Source: Actinomycetota bacterium (lineage in GTDB: Bacteria > Actinomycetota > Actinomycetes > S36-B12). From it: 64,000 bases of DNA. The notes beneath the pieces were generated by a model, which was not told the origin of the DNA, ran no database searches, and was given only the letters and a program-made list of their open reading frames with translations. Each line of letters opens with the position of its first letter. The first letter of the stretch is position 1. This document shows, one piece after another, positions 10,926 through 22,177 of this stretch. A program made the translations under genes and the position numbers. The stretch is taken from the NCBI GenBank assembly GCA_016870195.1, contig VGCC01000004.1, forward strand, positions 36,843 to 100,842, given 5' to 3'.

Positions 10926-11963
10926 CTACTCCCGGGCCGGGGCGAAGACGGCCGCGATCACGCGTGCTGCCGCGTAGAGGACAAGTACGAACAGGATCAG
11001 CGCATATGCGCCTCCCCATGCTCGATCAATTGCTGGTGCGGTACCCCGTGAAATCTGATCCCAGATGAACGTGGGAAGAGCGGTCTGGGACCCATCGAAG
11101 GCATTGAAGTTGACATCCTGGGCGAGAAATGTTGTGAGGAGCAAAGGCGCCGTTTCGCCCGCGACACGTGCGATGGCGAGCATTGCGCCGGTGATGATGC
11201 CCGAAATTGCGGTGGGGAGCACGACGAATGTAATGACTCGCCACTTTGGGATGCCCAGTGCCAACGCACCTTCGCGGAGGGAGTTGGGAACTATTCGCAA
11301 CATCTCCTCGGTGGAACGCACGACAACCGGGATCATCAAGATCGTGAGAGCCAGCCCGGCGGCGAATCCCGATTGCGAGAATCCGAAAGTCAGGATGACC
11401 GCTGTGTAGATGAAGAGTCCTGCAACGATGGAGGGAACGCCCGTCATCACATCCACGAAGAAGCTGATCCAGCGCGAAAGAGTCTTCCCGCGCCCGTACT
11501 CGACGAGCTGTATCGCTGTCATGATGCCGATGGGCAATGAGATCAGAGCAGCGATACCCACCTGCTGAAGCGTTCCCACGAATGCATGTCCGATCCCACC
11601 GCCTTCGACGCGAGGACCAATGTTGCGCATCGTTCCGGTGATGAACTCCGTGTTCATGACCGAGTAACCCCGGATCGCGACCGTGATGAGGATCCAGACG
11701 AGCGGAACGAGTGCGAGGAGGAGTGCACCAACGACCAGTGAACCCATCAGCCTGTCCGTTGCGTGCCGACGGCCTTCGAGAATCCACGACCACGTGGAAC
11801 GGGCGACGATGAAGCCGATGGCGGCGAAGAGGGCCGGGGCCAGGCCGAGAGGGCTGATCCCGCCGAACTGGAGAACCAGGCCGACAAGGATTGCGGCAGC
11901 TGCCACCACAGGTGTGGACCACCGGGGTAAGCGTCGTCCGGTCAGGATCGGCACAGTGGTCAC
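10926..11963 (-). CDS. pstA: Phosphate ABC transporter permease
   Basis: [29 protein letters not shown]. Confidence 0.95.
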   Translation of the reverse strand: MTTVPILTGRRLPRWSTPVVAAAAILVGLVLQFGGISPLGLAPALFAAIGFIVARSTWSWILEGRRHATDRLMGSLVVGALLLALVPLVWILITVAIRGYSVMNTEFITGTMRNIGPRVEGGGIGHAFVGTLQQVGIAALISLPIGIMTAIQLVEYGRGKTLSRWISFFVDVMTGVPSIVAGLFIYTAVILTFGFSQSGFAAGLALTILMIPVVVRSTEEMLRIVPNSLREGALALGIPKWRVITFVVLPTAISGIITGAMLAIARVAGETAPLLLTTFLAQDVNFNAFDGSQTALPTFIWDQISRGTAPAIDRAWGGAYALILFVLVLYAAARVIAAVFAPARE

Positions 11964-12898
11964 GTGTATTCCTCGTGGCGTGCGATGATCCAGCGCGCGA
12001 TCATGTTGACCGCGAGCGTGATGAGAAAGAGGACGAGTCCGGCGGCGATCAGGGCTGATCGACCGTTATCCGCCGCCTCACCCCACTTCAATGCGATGTT
12101 TGCAGCGAAGGTGTTGCCACCGGGTTCCGTAATCGCCCAGTTGATCTCAAAGATCGCGGATAGGAGAAGTGCCACCGCGATCGTTTCTCCGAGCGCCCGT
12201 CCCAAGCCCAACATCGCGGCCGACACCATCCCGGGACGACTGAATGGGAAAACCGACATCCGGATCATCTCCCAGCGTGTAGCGCCGAGAGCAAGGGCTG
12301 CTTCCGTCTGAGCCCGGGGAACTTGCAGGAACACCTCACGGCTAATGGCCGAGACTGTTGGAAGAATCATGATTGCCAGGACTACCCCGGCCATCAGGAT
12401 GCTCTTGGTGTAGATCTCGAGGTCGTTGCGAAATAGGGGAATCCAGCCGAGATACGTGCTGAGCCACTCTGCAAACGGAACTATGCGCGGCATGAAGTAG
12501 TAGAGGCCCCAGAGACCGAAGATGATTGAGGGGACTGCAGCAAGGAGGTCGACCGTGAAGCCAAGAGCGGTCGAGACTCGTCGGTTGCCGTAGAAGGCGA
12601 TGAAGAGAGCCACCCCGAACCCGATGGGAACCGCGATTCCCATAGCGATTAAAGATGTCAAGACCGTGCCGAATGCGAGGACTGCGATTCCGAACACCGG
12701 AGGGTCTCGATCGGGTAGCCACTGTTGCTCGGTGAAGAAGTTCGCGCTATCGGTGGTCAGCGACGGAATCGCTTTCCAGACGAGAAACACAGCGATGGCC
12801 GCCATGACCACGAGGACGAGCACCCCTGCTGCCAAGGACAGTCCGCTGAATACTCGGTCGCCGGGGCGAACCGCCTGCCCGGACAGCACGGCTGTCAC
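11960..12898 (-). CDS. pstC: Phosphate ABC transporter permease
   Basis: DLLAAVPSIIFGLWG, EAALALGATRWE, GRALGETIAV. Confidence 0.95.
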   Translation of the reverse strand: MTAVLSGQAVRPGDRVFSGLSLAAGVLVLVVMAAIAVFLVWKAIPSLTTDSANFFTEQQWLPDRDPPVFGIAVLAFGTVLTSLIAMGIAVPIGFGVALFIAFYGNRRVSTALGFTVDLLAAVPSIIFGLWGLYYFMPRIVPFAEWLSTYLGWIPLFRNDLEIYTKSILMAGVVLAIMILPTVSAISREVFLQVPRAQTEAALALGATRWEMIRMSVFPFSRPGMVSAAMLGLGRALGETIAVALLLSAIFEINWAITEPGGNTFAANIALKWGEAADNGRSALIAAGLVLFLITLAVNMIARWIIARHEEYT

Positions 12899-13971
12899 GG
12901 TGACATCCGTGTGATGATGTCCCGAATTCGTTGTAGGAGCGCGCCGGTGATGGGTGCGTATCCGCCTGCTGCCAAGGTTGCCTGACCGGGATCGGACGCC
13001 GCGTATCTCAGGAACGAGGCAACCAGTTCAGGATTGAATGAGTCGGCGAGCCCTGATGAGCAGACCAGCTCGTAAGTGACCAGGACTATGGGGTAAGCGC
13101 CTGCGGGAGGATCGGCGTAGTCGAAGGTGAGTTCCGTGTTCCCGTCCTCACCCGATACCTCGGCCGCGGCAATCATGGCGCTTGCATTTGCGGGTGTGGG
13201 AGCGACGGGTCCTGCGCCGGTATCCAGGAGTGCTCCACGTGCATTGACCGCGACATCCACGTAGGAGAGATCGACGTACCCGATCGAGTTCGGTGTGACA
13301 TCAACGGATGCGATGACCTGGTCAGACCCCTTCGCGCCCTGACCTCCAGGAGCGATCCACTCCTTACCGGGCTCGAAGGGCCATGCCTCGGATGCTGCGT
13401 CCGCGAGGTACGTGGTGAAGTTTGCTGTGGTCCCACTGGCATCAGAGCGATGGAATTGCGCGATAGCCGCATCGGGCAATACGCCACGCGGATTCAATCG
13501 AACAATTTCCGGGTCGTTCCAGCGGGTGATCTCGTTTGCGAAGATTCCAGCCACAGTGGGCGGATCCAGGATGAGCTGCTCGACCCCCTCCAGGTTGTAC
13601 ACGACACCGATCCCGCCTCCGACGAGCGGGATGTTGATCGCCGAACCACCTTCGCAGCGCTCACCTGCAGCCGCCCTCTCCTCGTCATCGGCTGCCGAGT
13701 CCGTGCCGGCGAAAGATGTCTGCCCGGCGACGAACTGCTCCACGCCTGCACCCGAGCCGACCGCCTGATAGTCGATCGTGGCATCGGGACAGGCGGTTTG
13801 GTACACGACGATCCAGTCCGTGATCGCATTCGCCTGGGCGGTGGAGCCCGCGGCCTTGATCGTCCCGCTCGCACATTCCAGCCCCGGGGGCACCTCGATG
13901 GATACCGGCGGGGGTGCCGGTGCGCAACCGGCGAGGCTGATGGTGGCCACAGCGGCCGCGAGGCGTTTCAG
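12895..13971 (-). CDS. pstS: Phosphate-binding lipoprotein (start probably CTG at 13971)
   Basis: GSTAQ, GSGAG, FAGTDS, HRSDASGTT; lipobox LAGC; SD AAGGAGG 4 nt before CTG. Confidence 0.92.
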   Translation of the reverse strand: MKRLAAAVATISLAGCAPAPPPVSIEVPPGLECASGTIKAAGSTAQANAITDWIVVYQTACPDATIDYQAVGSGAGVEQFVAGQTSFAGTDSAADDEERAAAGERCEGGSAINIPLVGGGIGVVYNLEGVEQLILDPPTVAGIFANEITRWNDPEIVRLNPRGVLPDAAIAQFHRSDASGTTANFTTYLADAASEAWPFEPGKEWIAPGGQGAKGSDQVIASVDVTPNSIGYVDLSYVDVAVNARGALLDTGAGPVAPTPANASAMIAAAEVSGEDGNTELTFDYADPPAGAYPIVLVTYELVCSSGLADSFNPELVASFLRYAASDPGQATLAAGGYAPITGALLQRIRDIITRMSP

Positions 13972-13983
13972 GGACCCTCCTTG

Positions 13984-14063
13984 GTGAACCGCACGTGAAC
14001 CTAGGAAGGCGCGGTGACGAATAAGCGTGCCCATAATGAACACAAGGTGAACACCAAGTGAAC
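13984..14063 (-). promoter_or_regulatory. PHO boxes (PhoP/RegX3-type GTTCAY direct repeats) upstream of pstS
   Basis: Plus-strand (A/G)TGAAC at 14036, 14047, 14058 and at 13984, 13995, 11-bp period. Confidence 0.8.
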
Positions 14064-14071
14064 GATGGGGG

Positions 14072-14974
14072 TCAGGACCGCTCGGGAGCCGGGTATCTCT
14101 CCACCCCGACAACTCCGCCACGGGAGTCACGGTGGATCACCACGAAGGCCGCAGGGGAGAGTCGGGGATCCCAACTCTCGTCTTCGGGCACTCCGGTGTG
14201 GGCGGCCAGAGCATCGAGAAGCGTGGGGAGCACCGGCCTGTGACTGACCACGACGGTCGGTTCGCACCTCGCATACAACTCGACGATGCGCCGGGCAGCC
14301 TCCTCGGCATCCGCGTCATGCGCGTGTTCGGTAAGGGCTTTCTCCGGCACCGTCTCCACGTCGATGCGACGGGCGAAAGGACGCACGGTTGCGGTGCACC
14401 GTTTTGCCGATGAGGAGTGAATGCTCCGAACACCGAATGCCTCGAGCAGGGGGGCGAGGGCTTTCGCCTCACCGCGACCGCGGCCGGAGAGTGGGCGATC
14501 GTCATCATCGCTGCCCGTGAAGTCCGAGCGTTTGATCGCCTTGGCATGACGCAGGACCACGAAGGGCGTGGTGGGTGGGATGGCTGCAGCCCGCTGCACC
14601 AGTTCGACATCCGCCGCATAGGTGAGGTGCGACCCCGCATCCTTGATCGGCACCCAGGCGATCGAATCCACTTCATCGTCGGGGGCGAAACCCTCATCGC
14701 CGACAACTTCGGCGAGCCAGTAGTCGACTCGTTTAGGGCGCCCGGCAGCGATGTACTCCATGGTTCCGACGCAGGGGCCGAGCGTCACCTGGTACCCCGT
14801 TTCCTCATCACATTCGCGGATCGCGGCAGCAAGAATGTGTTCGCCGAACTCGACTTTGCCCTTTGGTAATGACCAGTCGGCGCGATGTGGACGATGCACG
14901 GTGAGGACCTCGCGCTTACGGGATTTGCGGCGCAGAACCACCACCCCCGCTGCGCGGAGGATGTCCTCGACCAC
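14072..14974 (-). CDS. NUDIX hydrolase fused to histidine phosphatase domain (MutT1-like)
   Basis: DWSLPKGK...AAIRECDEETG Nudix box; C-terminal LRHAKA. Confidence 0.9.
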   Translation of the reverse strand: MVEDILRAAGVVVLRRKSRKREVLTVHRPHRADWSLPKGKVEFGEHILAAAIRECDEETGYQVTLGPCVGTMEYIAAGRPKRVDYWLAEVVGDEGFAPDDEVDSIAWVPIKDAGSHLTYAADVELVQRAAAIPPTTPFVVLRHAKAIKRSDFTGSDDDDRPLSGRGRGEAKALAPLLEAFGVRSIHSSSAKRCTATVRPFARRIDVETVPEKALTEHAHDADAEEAARRIVELYARCEPTVVVSHRPVLPTLLDALAAHTGVPEDESWDPRLSPAAFVVIHRDSRGGVVGVERYPAPERS

Positions 14975-14976
14975 GT

Positions 14977-16476
14977 CTACTCCAGTCCCGCCTTGTGAGC
15001 CGCGTGCACGACATGCGGCCAGAGGTGCCGGAATTCCTTCCGGAAATCCTGTTGCCGTTCTGCCTCGTGCTGGCTCATCATGCCAAGGGCGAAGGCTTCG
15101 TGGGGATCAGATCCGGTGGCAAGGGTGCGCAGCACCGTGCGGGCCACGTGCGCGTCTTGATGCGTTCCGAGAAGGTCGGTGACCTTGGCCAATGCCCCCG
15201 CGCACGTCATCATGTGCTTGCCCATCACCGGGCCCAGACCCTCGGCGGCGTATCGGGCCTTCTTGGCCAGGATTCGCACCTCATGCCACTGTTCATCTGG
15301 CGCAGATGAATTGAGTGCGTCGACCCGATGGGCGAGCCGACGCCAGGTCCGCCGCACCCGGGGGAGCAGTACGTCCTCGACCGGCCGAAATGCATCGTCG
15401 GTGACGGGTGGCTCGGTGACAAAGGCGATCAGATCCTCGAGGAGCTGATCGTGGCGATCAGTGCGGAGCGCTGCCATCACACTCGCGCGCGCTGCGGGCA
15501 TGCGTTTGTCGTACCAGCGATCCACCGTGGCGAGGGCCGCAGCTCGATCCTCGTCCTGTCCGAGCTCGGAACTGAGGTCGACGAGGAGGTCGTGGATGAC
15601 TTCGGTATCCCGGACAGCACCCAATTCGCGTGCCAGCCACGATAGGTCCTCCCGCACCGGTGCCACCGCTTCCTTGTCCAGAAGCGAGCGATAGGTGCTG
15701 AATGTGCTGCGCAATCTGCGTGCTGCAACCCGCATCTGATGGACCGAGTCAGGGAGGTCTCGGCGCACTGCAACATCCGACATCACGAGATGGCGCACGT
15801 GACGTGCCAGCACCGAGCGCAGTGCGTCGACCGCGAGCCCGTCGGGTCCCACGGGCGGGAACTCGGGCACATCCGGCGGGCCGAGATCGCCCAGCGCTGA
15901 TGCAGCCTTGCTCACCGAGCTGGGAACGGCACCGTTGTCGCGGAGGCGATCACCGATCCGGGTGACCGCTGCGCGGGCAGCAGGCGAATCGGCCACAAGC
16001 TCGAGCTCGAGTTCCCGGAACGTGCTTCGAGTGCCCGCACCGGAGACCTCCACGTGGTCATCGACGAGTTCGATGAGCGCCTCATCGGACGTCGATGAGA
16101 TCAGGTACGGCGTTCGGTGGGTGGTGACGTGGGCACGATGCTCGACGTCCTGCCCGCGCAGGAACGGAGTCAGGATCTGTACGAGTTCGACTGGCACGGT
16201 GTCACCCATCGCCGACACTCGAATCTCGTCTCGGGTGGTGACTTCGGCTCCAACGACGGGAACCTTGGCATGCCATCCATCATCGGATCCACCGGACCGA
16301 CGCCGGAGTGTGATCCCCCAGCGCAGCAGTGTCGTGCGCTCCGTGTCGTAGTAGTCCGCGTCCAGGATCAGCGGTGGCTGGGGGTCGATCCGGAAGTCAA
16401 GAGTCGTGAGGTCTGGAAGGTCGAATTCCGGGTTCACCCGGAACTTGAACTCTGTCTCGCGGAACTCCTCGGTCAC
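14977..16476 (-). CDS. CYTH + CHAD domain protein
   Basis: [22 protein letters not shown] (CYTH); [31 protein letters not shown] (CHAD); GTGA overlap with ppk1. Confidence 0.9.
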   Translation of the reverse strand: MTEEFRETEFKFRVNPEFDLPDLTTLDFRIDPQPPLILDADYYDTERTTLLRWGITLRRRSGGSDDGWHAKVPVVGAEVTTRDEIRVSAMGDTVPVELVQILTPFLRGQDVEHRAHVTTHRTPYLISSTSDEALIELVDDHVEVSGAGTRSTFRELELELVADSPAARAAVTRIGDRLRDNGAVPSSVSKAASALGDLGPPDVPEFPPVGPDGLAVDALRSVLARHVRHLVMSDVAVRRDLPDSVHQMRVAARRLRSTFSTYRSLLDKEAVAPVREDLSWLARELGAVRDTEVIHDLLVDLSSELGQDEDRAAALATVDRWYDKRMPAARASVMAALRTDRHDQLLEDLIAFVTEPPVTDDAFRPVEDVLLPRVRRTWRRLAHRVDALNSSAPDEQWHEVRILAKKARYAAEGLGPVMGKHMMTCAGALAKVTDLLGTHQDAHVARTVLRTLATGSDPHEAFALGMMSQHEAERQQDFRKEFRHLWPHVVHAAHKAGLE

Positions 16477-18584
16477 AGCAACGTTCCGCGCTTGCTCGTC
16501 ACCTCGATGAGGGTCTCCTGATAGTCCCTCAGATGACGGCCCTCGGAATCGAGGAGATAACGGGTCCAGGTCCCATCGGGGTTGAGTTCCCAACGGGCAG
16601 TGCCAGGATCGAAAGCGAAATCGAGCATCGACTCAACCTCGGCGATCTGCTCAGGATCAGCCAGGCTGACCAGGGTCTCGACTCGGCGGTCAAGGTTGCG
16701 GTGCATGAGATCCGCGGAACCGATCCAGACGGACGGGTTTCCACCATTGGCGAAGCAGTAGGCCCGTGAGTGTTCGAGGAATCGTCCCAGGATGCTGATC
16801 ACGCGGATGTTCTCACTGAGTCCGGGAATCCCGGGTCGGAGAGCACAGATGCCCCGCACGAAGATCTCCACCGGAACGCCCTGGGTCGACGCTCGATAGA
16901 GGGCGTCAATGATGGTCTCGTCCACGATCGAATTGCACTTGAATCGGATACCTGCTGGTCGTCCCTCGCGGTGGTGCTCGATTTCCCGCTCGATTCTCAT
17001 GACGAGCCCATTGCGGACCGAGTGCGGGGCGACGAGGAGTCGTTTGTAGTCGGTGTTCATGGAATAGCCGGAGAGAACGTTGAAGAGATTCGACACGTCT
17101 TCGCCGACATCCGGATTGCACGTCAACAACCCGAAGTCCTCGTAGAGGCGGGCTGTCTTGGGATGGTAATTGCCCGTGCCGATGTGGCAGTAGCGCCGTA
17201 GTTGATCACCATCGTTGCGAACGACCATCGACAACTTGCTATGGGTCTTGAGCCCGACGAGGCCGTAGACGACATGGACACCGGCCTGCTCGAGCTTGCG
17301 TGCCCACTCGATGTTGTTCTGTTCGTCGAAGCGCGCCTTGATCTCCACCAGAGCCAGCACCTGCTTGCCGCTCTCCGCCGCCCGGATCAGCGCGTCGACG
17401 ATCGGTGAATCGCCGGAGGTGCGGTAGAGCGTCTGCTTGATGGCGAGGACGTGGGGATCGGCGGCTGCTTGCTCGAGGAAGAGCTGCACGCTCGTCGAGA
17501 AGGCGTCATAGGGGTGGTGCAGCAGGACATCGTGCTCGCGAACGGTCGCGATGACGTCGGGAGCGGTCGACGTCTCAACTCCGGCGAGCTGCCGTGAAGT
17601 TCGGGGAACGAACTTCGCCTGCTTGAGTTCCGGCCGGTCGAGATTGACCAACGTCCACAGCCCCGTGAGGTCGAGTGGCCCGGGAAGGCGGTAGACCTCC
17701 TGCTCGGTCACGTCGAGTTCGCTGACCAGGAGTTCCAATACGTGGTGCGGAATGTCCTCGACCACTTCTAGTCGGACCGCAGGACCAAAGCGCCGGCGCA
17801 CAAGTTCCCGTTCGAGTGCTTTCAAGAGATTCTCGGCATCGTCCTCTTCGACCTCGACATCCTCATTGCGGGTCACTCGGAAGGCGTGGTTCTCCACGAT
17901 CTCCATGCCTGGGAAGAGGTCACGGAGGTGGGCCGCGATGACGTCCTCCAGTGCGACGTACCGCTGGGGCCCCACCTCATAGAAGCGCGGCAGCAGCGGT
18001 GGAACCTTGACGCGCGCGAAGAGGGTGTTTCCCGTCTGGGGATTGCGCACGACCACCGCGAGGTTGAGGGACAGGCCGCTGATGTAGGGGAACGGATGGG
18101 AGGGGTCCACGGCAAGCGGCGTTAACACGGGGAACACGGTGGAGTCGAAGAGGACGTCCATCTCCTTCTTTTCCGCCGGGGTCAACTCCTCCCATCCCAG
18201 GAGTGCGATCCCGTTCCGGTCCAATTCGGGGCGGATGACGCGCGCGAAGAGGTCGGCCTGCGTTTGCTGCAATTCGTAAGCCCGACGCCAGATTCCCTCG
18301 AGCACCTCCTTGGGCCCCCGCCCACTGGCCGAGGGTCGCGCGATTCCCGTCGCGATCCGCCGCTTCAGGCCCGCCACGCGCACCATGAAGAACTCGTCCA
18401 TATTGCTTGCGAAGATGGCGACGAACTTGGCCCGGTCGAGCAGGGGGAGTTGTTCATCCTCGGCGAGTTCGAGTACCCGCTTGTTGAACGCCAGCCACGA
18501 CAACTCTCGGTCGAGGAAGCGCCGGTCCTTGGCCTGATCCGGATCCTCGGCCGCGGTGAGGGTCGCGGTGTCCTGCAGGGTCAC
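16473..18584 (-). CDS. ppk1: Polyphosphate kinase 1
   Basis: [58 protein letters not shown]; start trimmed to GTG. Confidence 0.96.
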   Translation of the reverse strand: MTLQDTATLTAAEDPDQAKDRRFLDRELSWLAFNKRVLELAEDEQLPLLDRAKFVAIFASNMDEFFMVRVAGLKRRIATGIARPSASGRGPKEVLEGIWRRAYELQQTQADLFARVIRPELDRNGIALLGWEELTPAEKKEMDVLFDSTVFPVLTPLAVDPSHPFPYISGLSLNLAVVVRNPQTGNTLFARVKVPPLLPRFYEVGPQRYVALEDVIAAHLRDLFPGMEIVENHAFRVTRNEDVEVEEDDAENLLKALERELVRRRFGPAVRLEVVEDIPHHVLELLVSELDVTEQEVYRLPGPLDLTGLWTLVNLDRPELKQAKFVPRTSRQLAGVETSTAPDVIATVREHDVLLHHPYDAFSTSVQLFLEQAAADPHVLAIKQTLYRTSGDSPIVDALIRAAESGKQVLALVEIKARFDEQNNIEWARKLEQAGVHVVYGLVGLKTHSKLSMVVRNDGDQLRRYCHIGTGNYHPKTARLYEDFGLLTCNPDVGEDVSNLFNVLSGYSMNTDYKRLLVAPHSVRNGLVMRIEREIEHHREGRPAGIRFKCNSIVDETIIDALYRASTQGVPVEIFVRGICALRPGIPGLSENIRVISILGRFLEHSRAYCFANGGNPSVWIGSADLMHRNLDRRVETLVSLADPEQIAEVESMLDFAFDPGTARWELNPDGTWTRYLLDSEGRHLRDYQETLIEVTSKRGTLL

Positions 18585-18618
18585 CCGGGGATGGTCCCAC
18601 AGCAAGGTGAACGAGTTA

Positions 18619-19560
18619 TCAGGTGGAGCGGCGGTAGAGGACGTCGGTATCCCAGCGCACGAATCCAAGGTGGGAGTAGAGCGAGATCGCCGCCTCATTT
18701 GTGTGGTCGACGTAGAGCATCACCTGGTCCAGTCCGCGCTCACGCAGGTACCGCAGGCCCGCGACGGTCAGTGCCTGTCCCAGGCCGTGGCCGTGCATGC
18801 TGGGATCGACCCCCAGCACGTACACCTCACCGATGGGTTGGTGACGGTGGTGGTCCTCCCCGTGCACCTTGGTCCAGTGGAAACCGACCAGCGTCGATCC
18901 CGACCACGCCATCAGGAAGCCCTGGGGGTCGAACCACGGCTCGGCCATCCGGGTCGCGAGGTCCTCTCGGGTCCACGAGCCCTGGTCGGGGAGGGATGCG
19001 AATGCACGTGCGTTCAGTGCGAGTAAGGCATCGTCATCGACGCCGGGGCGAAATGGAGCGACGGTGACCCCTGCAGGGAACGTGGCGTGCGGCAGGGGTG
19101 CACGCAGGGAGCGACGCATCTGCCAGAGGACACGGAGGGTGTCGAAGCCCATGCTCGCGGCGAGTGCCGATGCGGCGTCTCCTTCGCTGTGGGACCACAA
19201 CCGAAGTCGGCCATCGGGAGTCGCTGCGATGAGGTGTTCGACGAGTAAGCGTCCGAGTCCACGACGACGTGACTCGGGTGAGATCACCAATTCCGCGGAG
19301 GATCCGGCAACGGCGTCCGTGGTGTCCAGGTGTGCGTATCCGACCACCTCTCCCTGTGCCGTTCGAACGAGAAAGTGGTGATCATGGTCATCACCGCCAT
19401 GGCGGAGATGTAGCCACACGTGTTCACTGAGGGGTGACACACCGTCGGAGGTTGTCGCGGAATTCACCAATTCGGTGACGGCGGCCACTTCGGAGGAGTC
19501 GAGGTGTTCGTGCACCTCGATCAGCGCATCGTTCTCGCTACTGGGTGAAGGCGGATTCAT
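18619..19560 (-). CDS. mshD: Mycothiol synthase (tandem GNAT)
   Basis: [30 protein letters not shown]; adjacent to glnR. Confidence 0.93.
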   Translation of the reverse strand: MNPPSPSSENDALIEVHEHLDSSEVAAVTELVNSATTSDGVSPLSEHVWLHLRHGGDDHDHHFLVRTAQGEVVGYAHLDTTDAVAGSSAELVISPESRRRGLGRLLVEHLIAATPDGRLRLWSHSEGDAASALAASMGFDTLRVLWQMRRSLRAPLPHATFPAGVTVAPFRPGVDDDALLALNARAFASLPDQGSWTREDLATRMAEPWFDPQGFLMAWSGSTLVGFHWTKVHGEDHHRHQPIGEVYVLGVDPSMHGHGLGQALTVAGLRYLRERGLDQVMLYVDHTNEAAISLYSHLGFVRWDTDVLYRRST

Positions 19561-20269
19561 CGACGTCGAGCGTTGCGATGGTTGCCGCATCCGGACGCTC
19601 GGGAACGAAGCGATAGCCAACGTTGCGCACCGTACCGATGAGTGATTCGTACTCCACGCCGAGCTTCGCGCGGAGCCGCCGAACATGGACGTCGACCGTG
19701 CGGGTTCCACCGAAGTAGTCGTATCCCCAGACCTCTTGGAGCAGAACTGCCCGGGTGAAGACCCGCCCCGGGTGTTGGGCGAGGAACTTCAGCAGCTCGA
19801 ATTCCTTGAAGGTGAGGTCGAGTGGACGCCCACGAAGGGTTGCGCTGAACGCGCCCTCGTCCACGTGGAGGTCACCGCTGCGGATCTCCTCCGTTCCCTC
19901 ACCGGCGGGCGATCCCGGCGCAGCACTCCGCGCCACGCTCAACCGAAGTCGTGCCTCCAACTCCGCAGGAGAGCAGGTATCCAGGATCACCTCGTCCATG
20001 CCCCAGTCCCACTGGATCGCGGGGAGGCCGCCCTCGGTTGCGATGAGGATCACCGCTTGGGTCACCCCGCCTTGGCGGAGGAGACGGGTGAAACTGCGCA
20101 CCGAGGGGAGATCGCGTCGGCCGTCCACGAGGAGTGCGTCGGCATCCGGGGTGCTCAGGAGGGCAGTGGGCTCCGCGGCCATGGTGCGCACGTGGTGGGC
20201 GAGCAACGCGAGCGACGGGAGTACTTCCGCGCTGGATTCCATGCCGCGCGTCAGGAGGATCAAGCGCAT
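19538..20269 (-). CDS. glnR: GlnR-type orphan OmpR response regulator
   Basis: [56 protein letters not shown]; glnR-mshD synteny. Confidence 0.85.
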   Translation of the reverse strand: MRLILLTRGMESSAEVLPSLALLAHHVRTMAAEPTALLSTPDADALLVDGRRDLPSVRSFTRLLRQGGVTQAVILIATEGGLPAIQWDWGMDEVILDTCSPAELEARLRLSVARSAAPGSPAGEGTEEIRSGDLHVDEGAFSATLRGRPLDLTFKEFELLKFLAQHPGRVFTRAVLLQEVWGYDYFGGTRTVDVHVRRLRAKLGVEYESLIGTVRNVGYRFVPERPDAATIATLDVDESAFTQ

Positions 20270-20329
20270 TGAACCTCCCACCACGAATGAAGTCGTCAGG
20301 ATAGTGGACTCCTGAGAGACAATCACCCC

Positions 20330-21094
20330 GTGGTCGACGTGCACCTGACAACCACCGATGGCGTCCGCATCGGGGCTACCTGGCTCCCGCGTTCCCAGGA
20401 CACCGCGTTCGTGGTGGTCCACGGGCTCACGGGTAGTCGAAGCACCCCGCGGATGGCGGCGATCGTTGATGTCCTCCAGAGGCATGGATCGGTGTGCGCG
20501 ATCGACATGCGCGGTCATGGGACGTCGGCGGGTGAGACGACGCTCGGAATGGACGAGGTCCTGGACGTGGACGCTGCCGTGGCGTACGCGCGCAAGCAGG
20601 GAATCGATCGCGTTGTCACCATCGGTTTCTCCATGGGCGGTGCTGTCGTAGTGCGGCACGCGGCAGGGGCCGCGGCCGAGCGCGATACCCCCCACCACCG
20701 AGTCGATGCCGTCGCCAGTGTGAGCGCTCCCGCGTTCTGGTTCTATCGCGGTACGCGCATCATGCGGGTCGTGCATTCCATCGTGGAAAGCCCAGCCGGG
20801 CGACTCGCGATGCGCGCCCGCGGTACCGCCATCACGCACCGGCCGTGGCCGACACCACCGCCCATGTCACCCGAGGAGGCGGCACGACTCATTGATACCC
20901 CGTTTCTCATCGTGCACGGGGATGCGGATCACTACTTCCCGATGGAACATCCGCGGGCCTTGGAGCGTGCGTCGGAGGCGAATCCCCAGCGGTCGGTGGT
21001 AATTGTCCCGGGGCTCCGTCATGCGGAATCCGGGATCTCCCCCGAGTCGGTGGACCTCATCGCGCGCTGGGGCTGCGCACCCGCCCGGCTGTAA
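20330..21094 (+). CDS. Alpha/beta hydrolase
   Basis: [29 protein letters not shown]. Confidence 0.85.
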   Translation: MVDVHLTTTDGVRIGATWLPRSQDTAFVVVHGLTGSRSTPRMAAIVDVLQRHGSVCAIDMRGHGTSAGETTLGMDEVLDVDAAVAYARKQGIDRVVTIGFSMGGAVVVRHAAGAAAERDTPHHRVDAVASVSAPAFWFYRGTRIMRVVHSIVESPAGRLAMRARGTAITHRPWPTPPPMSPEEAARLIDTPFLIVHGDADHYFPMEHPRALERASEANPQRSVVIVPGLRHAESGISPESVDLIARWGCAPARL

Positions 21095-21103
21095 TGTGGC
21101 GAC

Positions 21104-21205
21104 GTGCTCGAAGTGTTCACCACGGGACTTCTCATCGTCGCGATCGCGGGGGTTGCGTGGTTCGCCTTCCGCAGGGTCCTCACACTCTTCAAGGGTGAGG
21201 GATAG
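21104..21205 (+). CDS. 33-aa single-TM microprotein (MLEVFTTGLLIVAIAGVAWFAFRRVLTLFKGEG)
   Basis: TAATGT -10 box 6 nt before GTG; fills the gap and ends 2 nt before the next start; hydrophobic helix followed by basic residues. Confidence 0.7.
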   Translation: MLEVFTTGLLIVAIAGVAWFAFRRVLTLFKGEG

Positions 21206-21207
21206 GC

Positions 21208-21738
21208 GTGGCGTCGGGCGAGCTCCCCGAGCCGATCATCCCCATCTCGTGGTTGATCGGCACCTGGGTGGGAGTGGGAACGGGCCACTACCCGACGATC
21301 GAGGACTTCCGGTTCGGTCAGGAGGTCGCCTTCCAGTGCGACGGGCGGCCTTTCCTCAGTTACTTCTCCCGGAGTTGGTTGCTCGACGACGACGGGAACC
21401 GCGTTCGCCCTTTGGCGACGGAGTCGGGATTCTGGCGGCCTCAGCCCGATAAGCGAGTCGAGGTCACCCTCGCGCACCCCACCGGATACGCGGAGATCTA
21501 CCTCGGTTCAGTCGAGGTCACCGGTATCGAGAGCGCGGTGATCACAGGCGCCCGCGCGACCCTGCGCACGGATGTCGTGACGCGCACCGATTCCGCCAAG
21601 GACTACAGCGCGGGTGAGCGGCTCTACGGTCTGGTCAACGGGCGGCTGATGTGGACCTACGACATGGCGGCCATGGGACAACAGATGACGAATCACCTTG
21701 CCGCCACGCTCCTCCCCGCAGGTGGCTCGGATGAGTGA
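21208..21738 (+). CDS. FABP/nitrobindin-like (THAP4) beta-barrel protein
   Basis: LIGTWVGVG.G.YPTI, ESGFWRP, RLYGLV, C-terminal HL. Confidence 0.85.
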   Translation: MASGELPEPIIPISWLIGTWVGVGTGHYPTIEDFRFGQEVAFQCDGRPFLSYFSRSWLLDDDGNRVRPLATESGFWRPQPDKRVEVTLAHPTGYAEIYLGSVEVTGIESAVITGARATLRTDVVTRTDSAKDYSAGERLYGLVNGRLMWTYDMAAMGQQMTNHLAATLLPAGGSDE

Positions 21739-22177
21739 CGGCTGGGAGGTTCGCCTACGCGAGCGTGGGTATCGCGTCACGCCGCAACGCCAGCTCGTCC
21801 TCGAAGCCGTTGACCGGCTCCGGCACGTGACACCGGAGGAGATCCTGCTCGAGGTGCAGTCCACGGCGAGCGGTGTGAATCTCTCGACCGTCTATCGCAC
21901 CCTGGAGGTTCTCGAGGCCGTCGGATTGGTCACGCACGCGCATATCGGTCACGGAGCACCGACGTATCACGCCGTCGACGAGCATGTGCATATCCATCTC
22001 GTCTGCGACATGTGCGGATCGGTGAGCAGCATCCCGGCAGCAGTCGCGGACCCTTTCATTGGTGAGCTCGATTCCTCGTATGGATTCTCGACGGACATCT
22101 CCCACGTGTCGATCCATGGACGCTGTCTGTCCTGCCGTGATCGCATGCCGGAGGACATTGAGGAGGACCCCCTGTGA
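21731..22177 (+). CDS. Fur-family transcriptional regulator
   Basis: GYRVTPQRQLVL, STVYRTL, HIHLVCDMCG, GRCLSC. Confidence 0.9.
   Translation: MSDGWEVRLRERGYRVTPQRQLVLEAVDRLRHVTPEEILLEVQSTASGVNLSTVYRTLEVLEAVGLVTHAHIGHGAPTYHAVDEHVHIHLVCDMCGSVSSIPAAVADPFIGELDSSYGFSTDISHVSIHGRCLSCRDRMPEDIEEDPL

Noticed and set aside
18607-18612. PHO box at ppk1
   Set aside because: Single GTTCAC half-site with no partner at 11-bp spacing
19538-20839. 433-aa version of the response regulator
   Set aside because: GlnR similarity begins at ATG 20269 with a GGAGG SD; the extension is antisense to the hydrolase gene
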